Shown here in pieces: positions 1-9,474 of a DNA stretch of 64,000 bases. A program made the position numbers and the translations under genes. The notes beneath the pieces were generated by a model. The model made no database searches, was not told the DNA's origin, and saw only the letters and a list, made by a program, of their open reading frames with translations. How positions within the stretch are numbered: position 1 is the first letter of the stretch; each line of letters begins with the position of its first letter. The stretch lies in the IMG/VR virus record IMGVR_UViG_3300049215_000771, positions 186,001-250,000 of that record; one strand, given 5' to 3'.

Positions 1-212
1 AGTTCACGGTTGTCCTGGAAGGCGTGCCTGACGCTACGAAGAAGCTGGGCGTGGTCAAGCTGTGGCGGGAAGTCACGTCCCAGGGCTTGAAGGAATCGAA
101 GGATTCGGTCGATCAAGCGCCCAAGGTGTTGAAGGAAAACATCCCGCTCGCCGAGGCCAATGCCTTGAAGGAAAAATTCGAGGCGGCTGGGGCGAAGATC
201 ACGATCAAGTGA
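1..212 (+). CDS. rplL: ribosomal protein bL12 (L7/L12) C-terminal domain, 5' partial
   Basis: FTVVLEG...KLGVVKLWREVTSQGLKESKDSVDQAPKVLKENIPLAEANALKEKFEAAGAKITIK matches the bL12 CTD pattern (GLKEAKDLVE.AP..LKE...K.EAE..K..LE.AGA.V..K). Confidence 0.92.
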   Translation, partial: FTVVLEGVPDATKKLGVVKLWREVTSQGLKESKDSVDQAPKVLKENIPLAEANALKEKFEAAGAKITIK

Positions 213-797
213 AGCCATTGATGGGGGCGGCGACTGCCTGTTGGCAACGAAAGTCGTTGGTTTGGTATGCACCACTTAGGAAGTTACACGGATAGCAACC
301 GAGTAACGACTGATAGACGCATAACCCGTTCTGACATGCAGGGCAAGTATGTCCGGGTAAGGCTGGCCCGTTAGACCCGCAAGGTCGGCCCGCACCAACA
401 GCGCAAAATGGCCCGTCCTTTGTAGGGAATACGAGGGCGACTAGCACAGGTCGAAAACGCCGTCCGTAGTTGACGCTAAACGACTCTTCTTGATACCGAA
501 GTAAAACCCTATCGGCCTGGATACCGGCCTTAAACCGTATCGGTCCTGGTTTGACCTTAAACTAACCCTGTTTTAACCAAGTTTGTCGGTACAAACTGTA
601 TCTTTCAGCAGGTTGAGGTTTCAACCGCCGTTTCTTGCCGAAGTCCCCGTGAAGGGAATCGGTCGTCTGGTAGAAGGCCGTGAAGCCGGGTTGCTAACCA
701 CTCGTCCTGCGTGTGGTTCGCCATTGCAGGGAGATGCAACCCCTTGATATTGATCGGTCCATATCAGTCGCAATCATTCGTGGAGGGGAGGATAGCT
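213..797 (+). ncRNA. candidate large structured ncRNA (unassigned)
   Basis: 585-nt gap with no credible ORF in a gene-dense region; many hairpins, a UUCG loop, GNRA-like loops; long-range TAGCAACC/GGTTGCTA pairing (293-300 with ~689-696). Confidence 0.5.
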
Positions 798-1085
798 GTG
801 ACCGAGTTTCGCAAAGATGATGAAGGCTATCCTCCCCTTCCACGTTCCTGGATTCACCCTTTGGACGCCGCCCGCTATCACCGGGCCGCAAGAATGATCG
901 AGGATGATGCCGAGCAAGCCTACTTCACGGTTAGAAGGTTGTTCGGCCCCGACGTGGCTGGCGTATTGTTGGTTATGTACATGCGGCAAAAACTCAACAA
1001 GCATCCCGACCAGTGGCCCCCGCCCGAAGACTTGATTGAAGAAGTCAACAACTTCCTTCGAGAGAAAGGACTGATGGAATCATGA
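798..1085 (+). CDS. hypothetical protein
   Basis: GTG start after GGAGG SD; coupled to next gene. Confidence 0.7.
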   Translation: MTEFRKDDEGYPPLPRSWIHPLDAARYHRAARMIEDDAEQAYFTVRRLFGPDVAGVLLVMYMRQKLNKHPDQWPPPEDLIEEVNNFLREKGLMES

Positions 1086-1522
1086 TTAACCAAGCACCCG
1101 AAGTGACTTCTTTCGTAATTTGCGACAACGCCTTCCGTTGTTGCACGAGTGGTAAGTACATGCTCCAGGGCATCTACAACGGATTCATGCTCCCCTGCAT
1201 TCCGTTCACCATCCCCGTTCCCGTCGTCATGTACATCGCCGTGACCGATGGACGGGGACAGATGACCTTCACCGTCAAGATCGTCGATGATGATGAGGAA
1301 ACCACACTCGTCGAATCCAACTGCCCCGCCGAGTTCGATAACCCCATGAACGTCGGCGAAATGATTTGTGCCATCGGCCCTATTACTTTTCAGCACGAAG
1401 GCGTCTACCGCTTCGAGTTGTGGGCCGGCGACGAACTGCTGAAGGTGCGGCGCATCCAGGCCAGTTTCTACAAACAGCCCAAGAACATCAACGACGAAGG
1501 CGAGGAGTGGAAGAAGAAATGA
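1082..1522 (+). CDS. DUF6941-like protein
   Basis: ICD...GKY.L.GIY N-terminus and G.YRFELW...L..R C-terminus. Confidence 0.6.
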   Translation: MINQAPEVTSFVICDNAFRCCTSGKYMLQGIYNGFMLPCIPFTIPVPVVMYIAVTDGRGQMTFTVKIVDDDEETTLVESNCPAEFDNPMNVGEMICAIGPITFQHEGVYRFELWAGDELLKVRRIQASFYKQPKNINDEGEEWKKK

Positions 1523-1980
1523 GCATCTTCGGCGAACAACAACCTGAAAAAACCGACTTCGAGAAGCTGGGCGTGAACGTGGTCCGGCCCTACAAGAAGG
1601 ACGGCAAGTGGTTGTTCAACAAGAACGGTGCTGCCTGGCCGATGGCCCCGGCTGGCATCACCGATGTTGCCCTCTCGCCCGTTGTTGTTGGTGCTGACCG
1701 TGCTATCAACATCGCCTGCCAGATGAAAGGAATCAGCAACCCGGAAGATGGTTTTTGTTTGTTGTTTTCCGAAACCTACTTCCCGACCTGCGACGTGAAA
1801 TTCACCTACCGGGAAAACAAATTCGATGGTTGGGTGTACGACGTGCATGAGGAAAACCTCAAGGGTTTGATGACCGACCAGCAGGCGTGGGTTTGTCCTT
1901 ACTTGGGGTTTTATTTCGACAAGCCGCCTCAGACACTCTATCTAAAGGTGGAACCCCATGACGGAAGAAGTGATTCCTGA
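1519..1980 (+). CDS. DUF6717-like protein
   Basis: V.RPYK..G.W.F ... GF.LLFSE..FP ... W.CP.L..YFD.PP..LY; paralogue of 10639-11067. Confidence 0.7.
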   Translation: MSIFGEQQPEKTDFEKLGVNVVRPYKKDGKWLFNKNGAAWPMAPAGITDVALSPVVVGADRAINIACQMKGISNPEDGFCLLFSETYFPTCDVKFTYRENKFDGWVYDVHEENLKGLMTDQQAWVCPYLGFYFDKPPQTLYLKVEPHDGRSDS

Positions 1981-2260
1981 TGGACAAACCCGGCACGAGC
2001 CGGTCGTCAACGTGATGAACTGCTTCTTCTGCATGAAGGACAAGAAGAACTGCGGCGCTTACCTCGTCCAGTTCAGGGAGAATTGTGATCCGATCCTTCG
2101 ACCGTATCGAGGGCAACGATTCGCAATGTGCCCTGAATGCCAGGAGCGGGCCAGAAAAGAAGAACAATACCCCGCTCATTGTATCCTCAGTTGGATTCTT
2201 TCGGAGAAGAAACTGAAGGAGTTGGAGGGCCGCAAACGCAAACGCAAAGGAAAAAAATGA
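1958..2260 (+). CDS. hypothetical zinc-finger protein
   Basis: CxxC...CxxC, basic tail. Confidence 0.65.
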   Translation: MTEEVIPDGQTRHEPVVNVMNCFFCMKDKKNCGAYLVQFRENCDPILRPYRGQRFAMCPECQERARKEEQYPAHCILSWILSEKKLKELEGRKRKRKGKK

Positions 2261-2688
2261 AGGCTGTTTTACATCTCGACATGGAGTTGATGCCCAGGAC
2301 GTTCGATACGCCCGATGAGGCAATCACGTTCGTCGAGAGAAAGTTCCAAGACCCGGAACTGAAAATCAAATGGAGGCGAGACGACAACTACCCCAACAAC
2401 TACACAGACTACACCAGGCAACAGTTGTTGGAAGAATACAACAGAACCGGCGAAATCTGCCTGCAACTCGTCGGCGGCGAAGGTGAAGACATTATCATTG
2501 GCGAAATCGCCAACATCATCACCGAGGAGAAGGAAAACCAGGACGTTGCCGAAGCTGAGGCGGAACTGACCAAAGTTGGGCAAGAACTGGCCGACACCTA
2601 CCAGACCAAGATCAGTCTCGGCTGGCAAGGCTACAACCAGAAAACTTTCAAGCCCAAGAAAGCCAGGATCAAAAGAAAGAAGAAATGA
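2257..2688 (+). CDS. hypothetical protein
   Basis: ATGA overlap with upstream stop. Confidence 0.7.
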   Translation: MKAVLHLDMELMPRTFDTPDEAITFVERKFQDPELKIKWRRDDNYPNNYTDYTRQQLLEEYNRTGEICLQLVGGEGEDIIIGEIANIITEEKENQDVAEAEAELTKVGQELADTYQTKISLGWQGYNQKTFKPKKARIKRKKK

Positions 2689-2948
2689 AACAACAACGAC
2701 CCAAGGGTGTTCCCGACACTGCCAGGTTGTCTATGTTGTACAACGCCCTGGACTTCATCAAGACCGCCAACGCCTTGCTCAAGCCCCACGGCCTTCGCCT
2801 CCGCACCAAAGCCTCCCAGCGGGGCGGCGGCGTGCCTTCCTGGGTGTGGATTGAAGAAACCGGCACACCACCCGTCGTGCCCATCAAACCAGTGGATTGG
2901 GAAGGATTGAACAAACACCTGGCAAGCATGGGCCTCCCTAGCAAGTAG
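2685..2948 (+). CDS. hypothetical protein
   Basis: ATGA overlap. Confidence 0.65.
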   Translation: MKQQRPKGVPDTARLSMLYNALDFIKTANALLKPHGLRLRTKASQRGGGVPSWVWIEETGTPPVVPIKPVDWEGLNKHLASMGLPSK

Positions 2949-2955
2949 GTTTGAC

Positions 2956-3282
2956 ATGGCCTGGTTCGGTGCCAAAATCCTGATGCGTAGCTTCATTCCC
3001 AAGACAGGTGAAGAACTGCTTGGCGAAGAAACCGTCCGTCTCGTGTCGGCTAAAAACCTGGAGGATGCTGAGAAGAAAGCCATCAAGCTGGGCAAGACCC
3101 TGCAACACAAGTACAAAAGCGCCGATGGAGCGATGATTCATGTCAGGTTCCAGGAAGTCCTCGATGTCTATGACATTCAAGAACGGATTCATGATGGTGT
3201 GGAAATTTACTCTTTACTCATCACGCCAAAAGAGGTAGCCTACTACATGAAGATGTATCGCCCCAAGGGTTTCAGGAAATGA
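2956..3282 (+). CDS. DUF4288-like protein
   Basis: W..A..L...EE...L.SA...EDA..KA..LG ... DG.E.YS pattern. Confidence 0.65.
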   Translation: MAWFGAKILMRSFIPKTGEELLGEETVRLVSAKNLEDAEKKAIKLGKTLQHKYKSADGAMIHVRFQEVLDVYDIQERIHDGVEIYSLLITPKEVAYYMKMYRPKGFRK

Positions 3283-3465
3283 ACTTCCTCAAATGGCTGG
3301 TGCGTAGGGAACTTGACAGGATGATTGGCAACTTGCGAAAGGCTGGGATTCACTGTGAGTTCCAAGAAGAAGACGACCGAGAAGAAATTGAAGTCCTCGA
3401 AAGACTACCGGGCGGCATCCGAGGCATCCTTCGCCCAGGCGCAAACGCTCGCCGGCACGAAAATA

Positions 3466-3759
3466 ATGAGCGACGAAGCCTTTATCGAAAGTATGTCAAG
3501 AAGCGACGACTTGGCAGACCACCCCGATGCGTGGACGGAAGCAGGAACGTGCGGACATTGCGGCATGATGATTTGCATGGCGCAAACTGCCCGTGACATG
3601 CTCGCCGCTGGTGACACTGGCCCCGGAGCTATTGGCCGCTGGAGCGATGAAAGCCACAAACGCTGGCAGGCTGGCAAATACTTTCAGTTTTACCAAAGCG
3701 AGAAAGCCGCTGGGCGTGATCCCAACAAATCCTTCGAGGAGCGGGGATGGGAAATGTGA
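3466..3759 (+). CDS. hypothetical protein
   Basis: ORF in gene-dense run; start uncertain. Confidence 0.55.
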   Translation: MSDEAFIESMSRSDDLADHPDAWTEAGTCGHCGMMICMAQTARDMLAAGDTGPGAIGRWSDESHKRWQAGKYFQFYQSEKAAGRDPNKSFEERGWEM

Positions 3760-3959
3760 CGCCAGAACGTGAGTTCTCCAACTTCGTCCTCGAAGAAGCC
3801 AAACGCCGTGGCCTGGGCGTTTTCGTCTGCGTCGTCAATGAGCAAACCGAACAAATTGCCTACGACATGCGGATCGAAACTGGCAACAAAATGGCCGCTG
3901 CCTTCTTTCAATGGCTTCAGGACAACTTGTCGAAAGTTACAAGGAAACCCAATGGCTAA
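3747..3959 (+). CDS. hypothetical protein
   Basis: ORF in coupled run. Confidence 0.6.
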   Translation: MGNVTPEREFSNFVLEEAKRRGLGVFVCVVNEQTEQIAYDMRIETGNKMAAAFFQWLQDNLSKVTRKPNG

Positions 3960-4179
3960 AGTTACCATCACCCTCGTCGATGAAAACGACAAGGGAACAA
4001 TTACTGTCAAGATTGAGTCTGACCCTGGTTTCCCTGGACCTGCTGCCCCGCCCGAAGAACAAAGCGTGACCGTGGCCCAAAGCCTGGGTTTGCAACTCAT
4101 GGAACACCTGAACAATATCATCAAAGGTCAAGGTGACAACCATGACAACGAACCAGAACCCGCCATCGTCGAAAGATGA
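3952..4179 (+). CDS. hypothetical protein
   Basis: AGGA SD, coupled. Confidence 0.65.
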   Translation: MAKVTITLVDENDKGTITVKIESDPGFPGPAAPPEEQSVTVAQSLGLQLMEHLNNIIKGQGDNHDNEPEPAIVER

Positions 4180-4552
4180 TGACGACAGCATTTGGGACGT
4201 GTTCAAAGTCCTCAAGCACGAGCGCCAAGTGCAAGGCCGGAAGCGCCGCAGCCAAGCGTGGGAAGATTTCAAGCCCGCTGCTCAGGCTGCCTCGCAGTTT
4301 GGTATGGTGCTGATCCAACATACGGAGACGCATTACTCGCTCCGTCATCAGCGTGGATGGATTCTCAACATCTATCCAGGCAACCGCCGCCTGTATCGTG
4401 ACCCAAACACCAAGGTTCGCAGCCCCTACCTCCAACTGCCCGAAGAATGGAATCTGATCGACGTTGTTGAAGCGTGTGCCAGGCATGAAGAAAAAGAACA
4501 ACTCAAAGCATCTGAAGTTGTTCGAGGCGAATTGCAAGACGGAGACAAATGA
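4133..4552 (+). CDS. hypothetical protein
   Basis: ORF in coupled run. Confidence 0.6.
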   Translation: MTTMTTNQNPPSSKDDDDSIWDVFKVLKHERQVQGRKRRSQAWEDFKPAAQAASQFGMVLIQHTETHYSLRHQRGWILNIYPGNRRLYRDPNTKVRSPYLQLPEEWNLIDVVEACARHEEKEQLKASEVVRGELQDGDK

Positions 4553-5118
4553 TGGATGCTTTGTTCTGTTCGCTCACGCCTGATATGACCGATGATGAGT
4601 TGAAAGAGTGCATCCACAGAATGTACCCTAAAGCCGTGAACTCGGAACAGGGCTTCCTGCTCACCATCAGCGGTTACGACCAAGACCCTCGTGAACTTTG
4701 GGAAATTCCTGAAGTCATCACGTTTTTCAACAGGCTCATCGACATTGGCTTCCTGGGCCTGCTCGCCCTCAATGCCCAAACCGTCATGCCCGGCACGCCT
4801 GGGTTCGGCGCAGCAGAAGTCTGGATGGTCGCTACGGGCAAGATCACCCGTAGGGCCAAGTTCCCCATTCTCCCCGAATACCTCAAGGAAGTCATGAGGA
4901 TCGTACTGGAAAGCAATGAGAAGATCGCCCAAGTCCTCAAGGAGCCATGCCCCAACACCGGCATCAAGGAACATGAGGAACGCTTGGGTCGCAACAGCCT
5001 CCAGGAAATCGGCAAGCGACTCAGGACTGTTGAAACCCTCGACAAGTTGAAAGGCCAAGTGCCTGACGCCCCACAACGTCATGGCGACCGCTGGTGGAAT
5101 CATCGCAAGAAGAAATAA
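4549..5118 (+). CDS. hypothetical protein
   Basis: ATGA overlap, GGAG SD. Confidence 0.7.
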   Translation: MMDALFCSLTPDMTDDELKECIHRMYPKAVNSEQGFLLTISGYDQDPRELWEIPEVITFFNRLIDIGFLGLLALNAQTVMPGTPGFGAAEVWMVATGKITRRAKFPILPEYLKEVMRIVLESNEKIAQVLKEPCPNTGIKEHEERLGRNSLQEIGKRLRTVETLDKLKGQVPDAPQRHGDRWWNHRKKK

Positions 5119-5127
5119 GGAGACGCT

Positions 5128-5520
5128 ATGTTCTGGAAAGGCAAAGAACTCAAAACCATCGAAGACCTAATGCTTCGTGGTATTGACCAGTGCAACAACA
5201 AGGAAGAAGCACAACAGTTCATCCTCCAGTATGTCGAGGAAAATATCCATGCCAGGGAGAACATTGGCTATCTGGCTGGTTACTATGACCGAGATGACCA
5301 GGCTCGCATCTTCGACTGGTTTGATGTCTGTCACCCCATCTACGGCAGGAATCCACTCCCTACCAAAATCATGATGGAGATGGGGATGCGCATGGGCGAA
5401 CGGATGAGGAACCCCGAAAAGTTCAAAACCGATGATCTCAACGTCGCTGACTTCATCCGGGCCAACATCGACATCGCCGCCAAGGAGGGGAAACTTCCAA
5501 ACTTCCGATGGCATACATGA
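5128..5520 (+). CDS. hypothetical protein
   Basis: AAGGAG SD. Confidence 0.7.
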   Translation: MFWKGKELKTIEDLMLRGIDQCNNKEEAQQFILQYVEENIHARENIGYLAGYYDRDDQARIFDWFDVCHPIYGRNPLPTKIMMEMGMRMGERMRNPEKFKTDDLNVADFIRANIDIAAKEGKLPNFRWHT

Positions 5521-5897
5521 AAATTACACCCTGGCTGTTCCTCAAATGCTGGCTTCAGGTCAGCTTTTGTAAGGATATGTGGGGCAGTTGGTACTTCCTT
5601 CTGCTTTACTTGGTGATTATCATCTCCAATGCCAGCGAACCATCTACGATCCATAAGTGGCCGGGCCAGATTGTTGTACTGGTCGTGATTGCCCTGTTTT
5701 TCGGCATGATGGGTACGGTCATGGGTTTGATGAAACATCGCCAGCAACAAAGGGTACAACGAGAAATAGAACAACGCATGGGCCGTGCCAAAGCAACATC
5801 GCAGTTTGACAACCTGGAGGTTGAGGCTGTTGGTAATGCCGACAATGCCGACATCAACCTGATAAAATCCTACTGGCTGAGAAAGAAAAATGGCTGA
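5508..5897 (+). CDS. hypothetical membrane protein
   Basis: two hydrophobic segments. Confidence 0.6.
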   Translation: MAYMKITPWLFLKCWLQVSFCKDMWGSWYFLLLYLVIIISNASEPSTIHKWPGQIVVLVVIALFFGMMGTVMGLMKHRQQQRVQREIEQRMGRAKATSQFDNLEVEAVGNADNADINLIKSYWLRKKNG

Positions 5898-6225
5898 CCC
5901 TATTCCTGGCACTGTTCGCCCTATCGACCTTACTGGTTGTTTCTTCCCTGCCCGGCCCAGCGGTCGCATCGGCATCCCCGATCAACCATGCTATTTTGAG
6001 ATGCCGGATACGCCCAACACATTGTTCTTGCCCGTTTTCTCGGACGTGGATGATCTGAAGAAGGCGATGGAGTTGGTCGGGATCGAAGAATACAAAATCA
6101 AACACATCGACGACGGAAAACAATTTACGGAGTCCGTGTTGGAAACCGGCATCTGTCGTGTGATGCTCAACCCCCGTCGTACTGAAAGAGGTACAACCCG
6201 ATGGACGGAAGTGATCTTGGACTGA
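5890..6225 (+). CDS. SseB N-terminal-like protein
   Basis: LPVFSD.DDL ... V.LNP motif. Confidence 0.45.
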   Translation: MADPIPGTVRPIDLTGCFFPARPSGRIGIPDQPCYFEMPDTPNTLFLPVFSDVDDLKKAMELVGIEEYKIKHIDDGKQFTESVLETGICRVMLNPRRTERGTTRWTEVILD

Positions 6226-6614
6226 AAGGGAAACCCTTGTCCTTCCAGAAATGCTACCTGGGCGACGTTCAACCGCCTCCTGGTGGCATTACGCCCATTA
6301 CCGAGCCTATCCTGGCCGAGAATCCCAGCATCATCCTCGAAGCCCAGGACATTGAAGCTGCTATCCGTGAAGGCGCTGCTGCCAACCCTGCCAACATTCA
6401 CAGCCGAGAAGTGATGGCTACCTATGCCGCCAATCCCGAATATGGGAAGTTGCGGTACTACATGCACCCCAAAGATGCCCGCCAGCTTACTTGTGGCTTG
6501 ATCTACGCCCTCGCCGACATGGACGACAGGGTTGCCAAACGCCTCGCTGAAGTTCTGGATGAAATGTACGCACAAGGCCCAACGATGGGCTTCGAGGAGG
6601 AGGAAAATGGCTGA
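6201..6614 (+). CDS. hypothetical protein
   Basis: ORF in coupled run. Confidence 0.65.
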   Translation: MDGSDLGLKGKPLSFQKCYLGDVQPPPGGITPITEPILAENPSIILEAQDIEAAIREGAAANPANIHSREVMATYAANPEYGKLRYYMHPKDARQLTCGLIYALADMDDRVAKRLAEVLDEMYAQGPTMGFEEEENG

Positions 6615-6867
6615 TGCTTTCACCTACGATGTCATCATAACTGGCATGGAAAACATTCCATTGCGCACTACCAAGGAAGGTGCTAAAGCCTTGATGACGG
6701 CTTTTGACAACGGCGACAAAGCCTGTGAGGTTCTTGTCAACGCAATGGCTGAAGGGATTGAATTCAACAACAATCTCGTCACCATCAGGAAAGGGGCAAC
6801 AAATGAGCCAGGAACCGGAGACAAGCCTGCTCGTGTGCAAAAATCTCGAACAACTAAGCGAAGCTGA
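6607..6867 (+). CDS. hypothetical protein
   Basis: GGAGG SD. Confidence 0.6.
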   Translation: MADAFTYDVIITGMENIPLRTTKEGAKALMTAFDNGDKACEVLVNAMAEGIEFNNNLVTIRKGATNEPGTGDKPARVQKSRTTKRS

Positions 6868-7099
6868 TGCCGCTAGAACAAACTCCATCAAGATAGCCTG
6901 CGAATACTGCGCCAGCGTCGTGTGGGTCGTACCTCGCAATCTCATCATCAAGGAAAAGAAAAATGCCAAGATTGCTTGTACGAAATGCGCCCGCAGGCTG
7001 GTGAAGGAAGAAATCGACAAGGGTGAGGAAGTGTTTGAAATTCCTGCCGCCCCTGTTGCCGAGAAACTGCTGAAGGAAGAAAAACTGTCGAATGGCTAA
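6803..7099 (+). CDS. hypothetical zinc-finger protein
   Basis: CEYC...W..P...CTKC; same spacing as 61426-61713. Confidence 0.6.
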   Translation: MSQEPETSLLVCKNLEQLSEADAARTNSIKIACEYCASVVWVVPRNLIIKEKKNAKIACTKCARRLVKEEIDKGEEVFEIPAAPVAEKLLKEEKLSNG

Positions 7100-7107
7100 A
7101 TAATGCC

Positions 7108-7860
7108 ATGAGAACTTTCAGGCAGTATCATCAGTGGCGGGAAGCCTTCCTTGGCGCAGGTAATTCATACCATCCTGACGGAAACAGTGGTGGACAACCA
7201 CCACCAGACCGAACCTCCGAGTACATCCCGCCCCTGCCGCCTGGAGGCCCACCCCGCCCAGGACCGCATGGCACGATACAAGATGGCGATTTCCTCCGCA
7301 AGCTGTTGGCGATATTGACCAAAATAGATGCCTTCCGGGACGACAGAATTACTCCCAGCGGAGCCAGTGTGCGAGGCATGGCCGGCACACCTGATTATAT
7401 GTCCCCGGAGATGGGACAACGGACACAATCGCCCGGAGGTTTTGAAGAAGAAAACGAACACGATGACCTGGAATCTTTCCTGGTCAACGGGGCACGCATT
7501 TTCCCCGAAGTTGCAGCCGAGGCCCAGCAAGTCATGCGAGCCTGGTTGCAGTTTCGGAATTTGTTCCTTCCTGCCCTGCATAGTCGTTACACCCAACAGG
7601 AACAACAACAAAACTATCTCTACTACAAGGTCACACTCAGAAACTACAACAATGTGACCCCGTTATTGAAGGAATTGGATAAACTCATCATGGGCGAGAG
7701 CGGCCAGCACAACCCCGCTATCTCGACCAACTGGACCGCATTTATCCAGCAATGGCGGCGACTCGCCCCAAAACTGGCCGGGATGCTCAACCAGGCAATG
7801 GCAGAACACCCGAATCCATACCAGGCCGAGCCTATACAAATGACGCAAGACGTGGTATAA
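7108..7860 (+). CDS. putative virion/internal head protein
   Basis: CTAAATA-N5-ATG upstream; N-terminus MRTFRQYHQWRE. Confidence 0.6.
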   Translation: MRTFRQYHQWREAFLGAGNSYHPDGNSGGQPPPDRTSEYIPPLPPGGPPRPGPHGTIQDGDFLRKLLAILTKIDAFRDDRITPSGASVRGMAGTPDYMSPEMGQRTQSPGGFEEENEHDDLESFLVNGARIFPEVAAEAQQVMRAWLQFRNLFLPALHSRYTQQEQQQNYLYYKVTLRNYNNVTPLLKELDKLIMGESGQHNPAISTNWTAFIQQWRRLAPKLAGMLNQAMAEHPNPYQAEPIQMTQDVV

Positions 7861-7880
7861 TCCCCATCATCGGAGTGATT

Positions 7881-8273
7881 ATGGAAACGGTCAGCGATTT
7901 TCTCAGTGCCCATCGGGATGAAGTCAGCACCGCTTTGAATGAAGTGGGCGGCTGGCGTGGCTTGTTTGACCCTTACTGTGCCGAATGGCAGGAGGCTGAC
8001 CTTCGCCAGAAAGCCGGCGTGCTGCGTTTGCTGATGCAGCATCGCACATTCCCTCAACTTGTTGCTATCTTTCTCAACTCCGAGAGAAGGGAATACATCC
8101 GACAAGATGTGCCATGCGCTATCTTCAAGTTGATGGATCACCTGCCCGAAGCCAAGGAATTTTTCCTCAACGACCCGATTTGCGTCAACAGTGTGTACCA
8201 CGAGTGCCTGACGAGAAAACTCGATGCTGAAAGATGGACAGCACCAGCACGGCCATCAGATAACCACACTTGA
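7881..8273 (+). CDS. hypothetical protein
   Basis: GGAG SD. Confidence 0.65.
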   Translation: METVSDFLSAHRDEVSTALNEVGGWRGLFDPYCAEWQEADLRQKAGVLRLLMQHRTFPQLVAIFLNSERREYIRQDVPCAIFKLMDHLPEAKEFFLNDPICVNSVYHECLTRKLDAERWTAPARPSDNHT

Positions 8274-8511
8274 AGTTGAGAATGATGGGCTGATTCTCGT
8301 AGCCCTCCACTTCAGAACTGGTTGTTCTGTCCTTGGCAAAATGCTTCGCCCTGAAGATTCCGTGCCCGTAGAATTAGTCTTGGAGGATGCAGACCCCAAT
8401 CTTGCAACCGTTGTTTGCGGCGCTTGCAAGCAGAAATTGGGAAAATGCAAAGTAAAACAACAAAATGTTCAAATCGGTAGGAAGACTTCGGTACAGCCCG
8501 AAGCTGAATAA
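8224..8511 (+). CDS. hypothetical protein
   Basis: ORF, Cys-rich; start uncertain. Confidence 0.5.
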   Translation: MLKDGQHQHGHQITTLEVENDGLILVALHFRTGCSVLGKMLRPEDSVPVELVLEDADPNLATVVCGACKQKLGKCKVKQQNVQIGRKTSVQPEAE

Positions 8512-8911
8512 GGGCACCACGGATCGCCGGGATGGAGGTTCTACGAAGTGGTGGCTTGTTATCGACGTTAGCCCCGGCATCGGTCGCTATTACCGTGACT
8601 TGTATGCCATGTCCCGCTGGAACGTCGATACCCTCCAGCGACCCCTGTGGGAAGCGCACATCTCGGTCATTCGAGATGAGAAGCCAAAACCTGGATTCGA
8701 GCCATTGTGGAACAAATACAACGGCAAGAAGATCGAATTCCTTTATGATGGCTACAACGCAACAGGTGACGGCGTTTACGTTTGGCTGCCCGTCGTCTGC
8801 GAGGAAGCATTGAGGATTCGGGAAGAACTCGGCCTGCCCAAGCATCCGTACTTCCCCTTGCACCTGACATTCGGCAATGCTAAAGGACAAACGCAATCGC
8901 TGCCTGAATGA
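8465..8911 (+). CDS. 2H phosphoesterase superfamily protein
   Basis: two Hx(S/T)x motifs: AHISV and LHLTF. Confidence 0.7.
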   Translation: MFKSVGRLRYSPKLNKGTTDRRDGGSTKWWLVIDVSPGIGRYYRDLYAMSRWNVDTLQRPLWEAHISVIRDEKPKPGFEPLWNKYNGKKIEFLYDGYNATGDGVYVWLPVVCEEALRIREELGLPKHPYFPLHLTFGNAKGQTQSLPE

Positions 8912-9302
8912 ACATTGCAACAAACAGCGCAGATCAAACCATATGGTTTGTGCTTTCTGTTGGAATTTGTTGCCAAGAAGCTGGAGGGTTGCAGTACCAA
9001 ACCAATGCACCAGTTTTACCAGAAAGGAATGGGAAGATCGTATCATCCGATTCTTCCGACTGACTAGCTTCCCAATGCCCAAGGTGAAATGTTGGCCGGA
9101 CGCCGATCTCGACAACTACGACCTGGTTAAGTTCGAGATTAAGCTGATGCAACATTTGTACCCCGAACTTGAAGATGACGGCCCACCGTGGGACGGCATC
9201 GAACGCTGCGAATGGTTGAAGCAGCAAATCACTGAAAGGTTTCAGGCCGAGGCCGCTGAAGTCGTGCGAGTGGAGTTAAAACGTGGAACCACCCCTCAGT
9301 AA
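8877..9302 (+). CDS. hypothetical protein
   Basis: ORF, N-terminal Cys cluster. Confidence 0.55.
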   Translation: MLKDKRNRCLNEHCNKQRRSNHMVCAFCWNLLPRSWRVAVPNQCTSFTRKEWEDRIIRFFRLTSFPMPKVKCWPDADLDNYDLVKFEIKLMQHLYPELEDDGPPWDGIERCEWLKQQITERFQAEAAEVVRVELKRGTTPQ

Positions 9303-9474
9303 AGAAGAATTGTACCGTCAACACGCCGATGATCTGGAAAAGTTCAGGAAAATGACCGAGGCTGCTGTGAGGGGTTGGGTTCTACTTCGACGACGTTGGA
9401 CTTGAAGAAGGGAAGGAAATCCTTGAACATTATCGTTGGATAGACTCCGAGAGAGTCCGAGAGGAATTAACATC

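Noticed and set aside
213-797. tmRNA, RNase P RNA or group I/II intron
   Set aside because: I found no tRNA-like ends or tag ORF ending in AA, no GAGGAAAGUCC or ACAGAA..CGGCUUA RNase P motifs, and no convincing P7 or domain V signatures.
3279-3596. ORF MNFLKWL... as a CTS-like protein or programmed frameshift
   Set aside because: It overlaps 3466-3759 extensively, has no late box, and shows no slippery site; the evidence is too ambiguous.
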